From positions 1,680,001-1,712,000 of the forward strand of contig NC_011979.1 in assembly GCF_000022265.1 (NCBI RefSeq): a stretch of DNA of 32,000 nucleotides, read 5' to 3'. Made by a program: the position numbers and the translations under genes. The DNA comes from Geotalea daltonii FRC-32. Its GTDB lineage: Bacteria > Desulfobacterota > Desulfuromonadia > Geobacterales > Geobacteraceae. Position 1 is the stretch's first letter. Each line of letters starts with the position of its first letter. The notes under the pieces are model-generated. The model saw nothing but the letters and a program-made list of their open reading frames with translations. It made no database searches and was not told where the DNA came from. Shown here one piece after another: positions 17,423-23,919 of the stretch.

Positions 17423-18706
17423 ATGGGAATGACCATAGCCGAGAAGATATTTAAGTCGCACCTGGTAGACGAACCCTTTTCAGGAACCAGAGTGCTGAAG
17501 CTTGATGTTGTAATGTGTCATGAAATAACTACGCCGATAGCCATCGCCGACCTGATGGAGAGGAAAAAAGACCGGGTTTTCGATACAGGCAAAATAAAAG
17601 CGGTAATTGATCATGTGACTCCGAGCAAGGACAGCAAAACCGCTACCCAGGCGAAGATGTTGCGTGACTGGGCGCGTCGACACGCCATCCCGGATTTCTT
17701 CGATATTGGCGCCAATGGGGTCTGTCACGCGTTGTTCCCTGAAAAAGGCTATATCCGTCCCGGCTATACCGTAATCATGGGTGATTCACATACCTGCACC
17801 CACGGTGCTTTCGGGGCTTTTGCCGCCGGTGTCGGCACCACTGACCTTGAGGTGGGCATTCTTAAAGGTGTCTGTGCCTTCCGCGATCCAAAGACGATCC
17901 GGATCAACCTGAACGGAAAGCTTCCCAAAGGGGTCTATGCAAAAGATGTGATTCTCCATGTCATCGGAAGGCTTACGGTCAATGGCGCAACTGACCGGGT
18001 AATGGAGTTTCGGGGGGCTGTTGTGGACTCGATGACCATGGAGTCTCGCATGACATTATGCAACATGGCGATAGAGGCAGGTGGTACCTCCGGCATCTGC
18101 ATGCCCGACAGTGTGACGGTAGACTACCTGTGGCCCTTCATCAATAAGGAGTATGCCAGCAGGGAGGCTGCTCTGGCAGATTTCAAAAAATGGTGGTCGG
18201 ATGAAGATGCCACCTATGATCAAGTGGTGGATATTGACGTTTCGAGTCTTGAGCCTGTGGTCACCTTCGGTTATAAGCCGGATCAGGTGAAAACGATCGG
18301 CGACATTGCCGGCACCCCGGTGGATCAAGTCTACCTTGGTTCATGCACTAACGGCAGGCTTGAGGATCTACGGATAGCTGCAGCGATTCTCAAGGGAAAG
18401 AAGATAGCTTCATCGGTGCGGGCGATTCTCTCGCCGGCAACTCCTAAAATATACAGCGATGCTCTCAATGAGGGTTTGATCGCCATATTTATGGATGCAG
18501 GGTTCTGTGTGACCAATCCCACCTGCGGCGCCTGTCTGGGAATGAGCAATGGAGTGCTGGCTGAAGGAGAGGTATGCGCTTCCACCACCAACAGAAATTT
18601 CATGGGCCGCATGGGCAAAGGGGGAATGGTGCACCTGATGTCGCCCGCGACTTCGGCGGCTACAGCCATTGAAGGCAAGATTGCCGACCCCAGAAAATAT
18701 CTATAA
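17423..18706 (+). CDS. leuC: 3-isopropylmalate dehydratase large subunit (short aconitase-family type)
   Basis: 427 aa. It begins MTIAEKIF and contains MGDSHTCTHGAFGAFA plus the Fe-S cysteines in GSCTNGR and CGACLG. A small-subunit gene follows. Homoaconitase cannot be excluded from sequence alone. Confidence 0.82.
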   Translation: MGMTIAEKIFKSHLVDEPFSGTRVLKLDVVMCHEITTPIAIADLMERKKDRVFDTGKIKAVIDHVTPSKDSKTATQAKMLRDWARRHAIPDFFDIGANGVCHALFPEKGYIRPGYTVIMGDSHTCTHGAFGAFAAGVGTTDLEVGILKGVCAFRDPKTIRINLNGKLPKGVYAKDVILHVIGRLTVNGATDRVMEFRGAVVDSMTMESRMTLCNMAIEAGGTSGICMPDSVTVDYLWPFINKEYASREAALADFKKWWSDEDATYDQVVDIDVSSLEPVVTFGYKPDQVKTIGDIAGTPVDQVYLGSCTNGRLEDLRIAAAILKGKKIASSVRAILSPATPKIYSDALNEGLIAIFMDAGFCVTNPTCGACLGMSNGVLAEGEVCASTTNRNFMGRMGKGGMVHLMSPATSAATAIEGKIADPRKYL

Positions 18707-18726
18707 TCTTAAGGAGAACAATAAAT

Positions 18727-19254
18727 ATGAAAAGCTTCGCCGGACCAGCACTGTTTCTTGATCGCTCCGACATAAATACGGATGAAATCATCCCTGCCAA
18801 ATACCTGACGGAAATCACCAAGCAGGATTTGAAGCCATATATATTAGAAGACCTCAAGCTGCCTGGATTCGATCCTAAAGGAGAAAAGACCGCAAAGGCA
18901 AGGGTGGTAGTGAGCCGTGCCAATTTCGGTTGCGGCTCCTCACGGGAGCATGCACCATGGGTTTTTGAAGTCAATGACATCAATGTGGTAATAGCAGAAT
19001 CCTTTGCCAGGATCTTTCGTCAGAACATGTTCAACTGCGGCATGGCAGCTATAGAGTTGCCTGATCAGAGTCTTGATGTCCTCTTCGGCTATTCGGGATA
19101 TGGTGATACCGTCATTGCCGTCGATATCGAAGCCGAGAAAATTTCAGTCCGGGGGGGAGGGAGAGAAGACGCATTGTCCTTCCAGATTTCTCCCTTTGAC
19201 AAGGCATTGGTTCTTGCCGGCGGCTGGGTCGACTATGCTGACAGCAAGTATTGA
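18727..19254 (+). CDS. leuD: 3-isopropylmalate dehydratase small subunit
   Basis: 175 aa with the swivel-domain motif NFGCGSSREHAPW. It starts 20 nt after leuC. Confidence 0.82.
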   Translation: MKSFAGPALFLDRSDINTDEIIPAKYLTEITKQDLKPYILEDLKLPGFDPKGEKTAKARVVVSRANFGCGSSREHAPWVFEVNDINVVIAESFARIFRQNMFNCGMAAIELPDQSLDVLFGYSGYGDTVIAVDIEAEKISVRGGGREDALSFQISPFDKALVLAGGWVDYADSKY

Positions 19255-19285
19255 TTCAGCTGCCTGATTGGACTTGATGCCCGAA

Positions 19286-19311
19286 AGACCCGATTCTGTC
19301 GGGTCTTTTTT
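19286..19311 (+). terminator. rho-independent terminator after leuD
   Basis: AGACCCGA-TTCTG-TCGGGTCT followed by TTTTTT. Confidence 0.8.
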
Positions 19312-19312
19312 G

Positions 19313-19342
19313 TTGACTAAACTTCCTTCATGAGGATAATAT
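19313..19342 (+). promoter_or_regulatory. candidate sigma-70 promoter of the repeat-protein/mlaE/mlaD operon
   Basis: TTGACT-18 nt-TAATAT, immediately after the leuD terminator and ~65 nt upstream of ATG 19409. Confidence 0.5.
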
Positions 19343-19408
19343 CCCTAGTTCTCTTCCTGGGTATCCTCCCCTTATCATGCCCAGAGATTGCATCCTCAGA
19401 CGAGGTTT

Positions 19409-20923
19409 ATGCGTATTACAATATCAGCCATAGCGGTATTTCTCATCATTCTCTCCTCAGTAACAGCTTCTGTTGCAGAGGGCGAGGATGCTAACGCCGA
19501 AGCCGGCACAATATTCACCCTTTGGCCCCTGCTGGATTATCGGGATAGCCCGAAGGACGGGTTTCGCAACATCTCCATGCTTGGTCCGTTTTTCAAGTTC
19601 CAGCACAACAAGGAAGACCATGACACGGCAGTTCGTCCGCTGTTTTACCAGACAACGAACCGGCACAATGGAACAAGCTCTGCAGACTATCTATATCCCC
19701 TTGCATCAAGGGATGTTTCGCCGGAAGTTGCCACATTTCAATTTCTGAAACTGGTGCAGAGCAACAGCTACCGAAAAGACGAGCCGGAACAGCAGGAAAA
19801 GGATGCGATGTTTTTTCCTTTCTACATCAGTGGGAAGTCTGAAAAATATGGCCCATATACCTCGGTCTTTCCTTTCTATGGCGACATCTATGAACGATTC
19901 TGGCGGGACGAGTACCATTACGTGCTTTTTCCCCTCTATGGCAGAACGGCTAAAAAAGGGACAACCACCCGTAACTACCTGTATCCTTTCTTTTCTACCG
20001 TCGAAGGGGAGGGGGAGAAGGGTTTTCAGTTCTGGCCCCTGTATGGGCAAGCTTCCAAGGAGGGAGCCTACTGCAAGCGGTTTGCCCTGTGGCCCATTTT
20101 CTCCGCTGAGAGCAGTCGTCTGAACACGGACAATCCGACCCATAAAGTGGCGTTATTGCCTTTTTATGCGGCGACCAATTCGCCGCAAAAGGTTTCCCGG
20201 TCATATCTCTGGCCCTTTTTCGGTTATACGGACGATATTGCCAGAGATCAACACGAAATTGACTACTTCTGGCCCTTTTGGCTGACAGTGCGGGGGAGTA
20301 CAAGGAATGTGACAAGCGTGCTCCCTTTCTATTCGGTTGACCGGGGCAGAGAATCCCTCAAGCGCTGGTATATGTGGCCGTTGCTGAAGCGCGAGGAGAT
20401 AAGTTCCAGCTCCTACAGTCAGCACCTGGACAGAGTCCTCTTTTTTCTATATACCGACAGCAGGGAGACATGGGCTAAAGACGGCAGCGAACGGCAGCGT
20501 ACCGCTCTTTGGCCGCTCTTTGTTTACAAGAAGGATACCCGCGGTGTAATGTCTCTGTCCGTGCCCGCCCCTGTGGAGCCGATATTCGATCGGGACGGCA
20601 TAGAAAAGAACTGGGCGCCGCTATGGCGGATATATCAACAACGGTGGAATGAAACCGGAGACTCTGCCGTATCCTTTATTTGGAACCTTTACTGGCATGA
20701 GGTCCGGAATGAATCACTGGCCTATGAGCTGTTTCCGTTCATCCAATTTCAGTCAGACAGCAAGATGAGCGATTTGAAACTGCTTAAAGGCCTGATAAGG
20801 TATCGGAGCAGCAACGGAACCAAAAATCTAAGTCTGTTATGGCTTCCCTTCGGTTTCAACTGGGGCAGTACTGCCGCAGATGTTGAGGCAGAGGCCTCTG
20901 CAATCCCAAGGAGCACACAATAA
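19409..20923 (+). CDS. secreted protein built from ~18-20 short aromatic-Pro repeats; family not recognised
   Basis: I place the start at ATG 19409 (the track uses TTG 19388). The signal peptide is MRITISAIAVFLIILSSVTASVA. The core [WFY]-P-[LFI]-[FYL] recurs about every 20-25 aa. Its stop shares a base with the mlaE ATG. Confidence 0.7.
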   Translation: MRITISAIAVFLIILSSVTASVAEGEDANAEAGTIFTLWPLLDYRDSPKDGFRNISMLGPFFKFQHNKEDHDTAVRPLFYQTTNRHNGTSSADYLYPLASRDVSPEVATFQFLKLVQSNSYRKDEPEQQEKDAMFFPFYISGKSEKYGPYTSVFPFYGDIYERFWRDEYHYVLFPLYGRTAKKGTTTRNYLYPFFSTVEGEGEKGFQFWPLYGQASKEGAYCKRFALWPIFSAESSRLNTDNPTHKVALLPFYAATNSPQKVSRSYLWPFFGYTDDIARDQHEIDYFWPFWLTVRGSTRNVTSVLPFYSVDRGRESLKRWYMWPLLKREEISSSSYSQHLDRVLFFLYTDSRETWAKDGSERQRTALWPLFVYKKDTRGVMSLSVPAPVEPIFDRDGIEKNWAPLWRIYQQRWNETGDSAVSFIWNLYWHEVRNESLAYELFPFIQFQSDSKMSDLKLLKGLIRYRSSNGTKNLSLLWLPFGFNWGSTAADVEAEASAIPRSTQ

Positions 20924-21699
20924 TGGCGGGTGCCATCGACAGAATCGGCAGAAAGGTCATAAAGTTCCATGAAATTATCGGCGAGATGCTGATACTTTTG
21001 GGCCAGACTGTCTACTTTTTCCGTGAAGCGCCTCGCAACCTGGCAAGCATCTTTGCCCAGATGGCTATCATAGGTTATGAGACCTTGCCGGTTGCCTCAG
21101 TGATGGCGTTTTTCGTCGGCATGGTGCTCGCGCTACAGACCGGGGTCGAGTTGAACAAGTATGGCAGCCAGGACATAATCGGGGCGATTGTGGGACATTC
21201 AATGGTCAGGGAGCTGGGCCCGGTCATGACAAGTTTTCTGGTGGCAGGTCGGGTCGGATCGGCCATGGCTGCGGAACTTGGCGTGATGAAGGTCTATGAG
21301 GAGATCGATGCCCTGAAAACCTTGGATATCAACCCGGTCCGCTATCTGGCCATGCCTCGTTTTATTGCCTGTATTGTCTGTGTGCCGGCGCTGGTAATCT
21401 ACTCCGACTGCATCGGTATTGTCGGGGGCGCGATCATAAGCAACCTTCATCCAAAGATTTTTGTTTCTTATTCCACATATTACGACAGTCTTACGGCAGC
21501 ATTGAAATTCCAGGAGATAGGCAACGGGTTGATCAAGGCATTTGTCTTTGGCGCCATTGTCGCGCTGGTTTCCTGCTATGTGGGGTTTAAGACATCAGGC
21601 GGCGCAAGGGGCATCGGTATTTCAACAACAAGATCTGTGGTCTGGTCATTCATGCTTATTCTGGTTGCGGACTATTTCCTCACCAGGCTTTTAATGTGA
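20923..21699 (+). CDS. mlaE: MlaE-family lipid ABC transporter permease
   Basis: 258 aa with the typical MlaE/YrbE architecture and motifs (GPVMTSFLVAGRVGSAMAAELGVMKVYEEIDAL). AAGGAG lies 9 nt upstream. Confidence 0.85.
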   Translation: MAGAIDRIGRKVIKFHEIIGEMLILLGQTVYFFREAPRNLASIFAQMAIIGYETLPVASVMAFFVGMVLALQTGVELNKYGSQDIIGAIVGHSMVRELGPVMTSFLVAGRVGSAMAAELGVMKVYEEIDALKTLDINPVRYLAMPRFIACIVCVPALVIYSDCIGIVGGAIISNLHPKIFVSYSTYYDSLTAALKFQEIGNGLIKAFVFGAIVALVSCYVGFKTSGGARGIGISTTRSVVWSFMLILVADYFLTRLLM

Positions 21700-21744
21700 G
21701 TTTTACAGTGGTAATTCAAGTGGTTCTTACTGGAGGTCCAGCTA

Positions 21745-22794
21745 ATGGCGATTTCAGTTGAAAAAAAAGTAGGCATCTTTTTTATATTAGGACTGATTCT
21801 GTTCGGCTTCATGCTGGAAGTGGGGGAGAAATGGAACCCCTTCGAAAAAAAGGTGATGTATAAAACCTTTCTTACAAGCATTACCGGGTTGAAGATTGGT
21901 GACCCCGTGCGTTTGGCAGGCGTGGATGTGGGGAAGATCGATAAAATCACCATCCTTGAAGAAAAGGTCCAGATCGATTTCGAAGTGAAGCCCGGGACCA
22001 GGATCAAAACCGACTCGGTCGCCACCTTGCGTCTGACCAACCTTCTGGGGGGGCAATTTCTGGGGATATCATTCGGTTCTCCCGGTGCGCCAATCCTTCC
22101 CCCTGGTGGGACGGTGAAAGGACGGGATGTGGCAAACATTGACATTATCGTCGATAACGTGAGCGAGGTGGTCCAGGATGCGAAGCTTCTGATCACTCAG
22201 CTAAACGAAAACCAGAATGAGGTTATGGGCAAGATCAGCGCCATTCTCGATGATAACCGCACCAACCTGCAAAGCTCCATTGCCAACATCAACAGCATAA
22301 CTACCAAGCTCGACCGTGGGGACGGTTCTCTGGCCATGCTGCTCAATGACAAGCTTCTATATGAAAACTTCCGCGATGCCTCGGCCAGTGTGAAAAACAT
22401 TGCCCTTAAGATAGATAAGGGAGAAGGCACCATCGGCAAACTCGTCAACGATGATCTACTTTACAGCGACGCCAGGTCCGCCATGGCCAGAATCAATGAC
22501 AGCATGAAGGATGTCAAGGACATAGCAGCCAAGATCAACCGCGGCGAAGGCACCATGGGCAAACTGGTGAATGATGAGGCACTTTATAACGAGGTGCGGG
22601 ATGCTTCCAAGAATATCAAGGAAATAACGCGCAAGATAAATGACGGTGAAGGCACTCTGGGCAAGCTGGTCAACGATGACAAACTTTACCGCGACACTAC
22701 CGCCACACTGAAAAAGGCGGAAAAGGCCATGGACGGGCTGGGAGATACCGGGCCGATCCAGGTACTGGGCAGTGTCATAGGCACACTGTTTTAG
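21745..22794 (+). CDS. mlaD: MlaD/Mce-domain protein with four C-terminal tandem repeats
   Basis: It has an N-terminal TM anchor, an Mce domain (GLKIGDPVRLAGVDVGKI), and then 4 repeats of G(E/D)G(T/S)xGKLVNDxxLY. Confidence 0.8.
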   Translation: MAISVEKKVGIFFILGLILFGFMLEVGEKWNPFEKKVMYKTFLTSITGLKIGDPVRLAGVDVGKIDKITILEEKVQIDFEVKPGTRIKTDSVATLRLTNLLGGQFLGISFGSPGAPILPPGGTVKGRDVANIDIIVDNVSEVVQDAKLLITQLNENQNEVMGKISAILDDNRTNLQSSIANINSITTKLDRGDGSLAMLLNDKLLYENFRDASASVKNIALKIDKGEGTIGKLVNDDLLYSDARSAMARINDSMKDVKDIAAKINRGEGTMGKLVNDEALYNEVRDASKNIKEITRKINDGEGTLGKLVNDDKLYRDTTATLKKAEKAMDGLGDTGPIQVLGSVIGTLF

Positions 22795-22952
22795 CAGGTT
22801 GTTGAAAAACTATTGCGGACCCGCGGGGCCTAAAGGGTCGCTCTGCTTCGTTGCCGCTCGCTCGGAAACTCAACGTACATAAGGTACGCCTCGTCTCCTC
22901 GCTCACTTGAGCCTTGCATAGCGCTCTCCTCGTGATGTTTTTCAACAACCTG
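22795..22952. repeat. 158-bp intergenic element bounded by perfect 16-bp terminal inverted repeats (MITE/REP-like)
   Basis: CAGGTTGTTGAAAAAC at 22795-22810 and its exact reverse complement at 22937-22952 enclose 126 bp. The element starts directly after the mlaD stop and ends before the operon terminator. Confidence 0.6.
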
Positions 22953-22989
22953 TTAGAGAAATGCGTGGTGTGGAAAAGCAAAACGAAAA

Positions 22990-23013
22990 TGGCGCTGTCA
23001 AAGCGCCATTTTT
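22990..23013 (+). terminator. rho-independent terminator of the mla operon
   Basis: TGGCGCT-GTCAA-AGCGCCA followed by TTTTT. The stem can be extended by flanking A/T pairs. Confidence 0.7.
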
Positions 23014-23028
23014 CATCTGGAGGGAATT

Positions 23029-23919
23029 GTGGTTGATTTTTTTTCGATTGCAGTGGGGACTGTGACCATGCGGCCCTATGTCTTTGCCTTCTTTGCCGTA
23101 TATCTGGTGGCTGCGGTAACCCATCTGGGTTGGCGAAAGACTTTGTATTTCACGGCAGTCGGCTATGCCATTTCATTTCTTTCGGAAGTCAGCTCCATTA
23201 ACACGGGTTTTCCCTATGGTTGGTATTACTATGTGGAGGCTACCAAGGGTAAAGAGCTGTGGATTTTCGGCGTTCCTTTCTTTGACTCTCTCTCCTATGT
23301 ATTTCTTGCCTACTGCAGTTATACTGCTGCGCTGCTTGTGGTATCTCCCATCAAAGCCTCCCGCAGGGACGTAGTTACACTTGAAACCAGCTCAATTCGC
23401 AAGTCCTTTTCAGTGTTACTGCTGGGATCGCTGTTTCAGGTTTTTCTGGACATAATAATTGATCCGGTGGCACTGCAGGGGCACCGCTGGTTTCTCGGCA
23501 GGATTTACGGTTATCGGGAAGCAGGCTACCATTTCGGCATTCCATTTTCCAATTACGCCGGATGGTTTCTGGTAAGTGCACTAATGATTTTTGCCCTGCA
23601 GCGGATCGATGCCCGCACCGGGAAAAGGGGAGAACGGCCGAAAGGAGTAATTGTTGCTCCTTTCCGTTCGCTGTATGGGCCGGTACTCTATCTGTCCGTT
23701 ATCGTCTTCAACCTGACCATAACCGTGATCATCGGCGAAAGGCTGATGGCCATGACCGGCATTTTCATCTTCACGCTGCCGATTGCTATTTCCGCCGTTC
23801 TGATTGCTCGCAGGGCAAACAGGTATACGGAGGCGGAACTGGCTGAGCATTTGGCTGACTATCCTTATATTGCCCGTTGTGGAACAGGGGGAGGAGTTGC
23901 CGGGAATCGTGAAGTATGA
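23029..23919 (+). CDS. polytopic inner-membrane protein, possibly DUF422/carotenoid-biosynthesis-like (recollection only)
   Basis: It has about 7 hydrophobic helices. The start is GTG 23029, preceded by GGAGGG, or ATG 23068. The last 134 nt overlap the convergent gene. Confidence 0.6.
   Translation: MVDFFSIAVGTVTMRPYVFAFFAVYLVAAVTHLGWRKTLYFTAVGYAISFLSEVSSINTGFPYGWYYYVEATKGKELWIFGVPFFDSLSYVFLAYCSYTAALLVVSPIKASRRDVVTLETSSIRKSFSVLLLGSLFQVFLDIIIDPVALQGHRWFLGRIYGYREAGYHFGIPFSNYAGWFLVSALMIFALQRIDARTGKRGERPKGVIVAPFRSLYGPVLYLSVIVFNLTITVIIGERLMAMTGIFIFTLPIAISAVLIARRANRYTEAELAEHLADYPYIARCGTGGGVAGNREV

Noticed and set aside
22312-22740. Periodic DNA repeats that could be mistaken for a CRISPR-like or satellite array.
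   Set aside because: The period is about 100-120 nt, in frame with mlaD, and conservation is at the amino-acid level. These are coding tandem repeats, not spacer-repeat architecture.
22775-22981. The 68-aa ORF across the inverted-repeat element, and the 141-aa ORF 30275..30700 across the second element.
   Set aside because: They are made of repeat DNA, with no RBS and Arg/Ser/Ala-rich low-complexity products. The second also lies largely antisense or out of frame to arnA. They are most likely artefacts of the elements.
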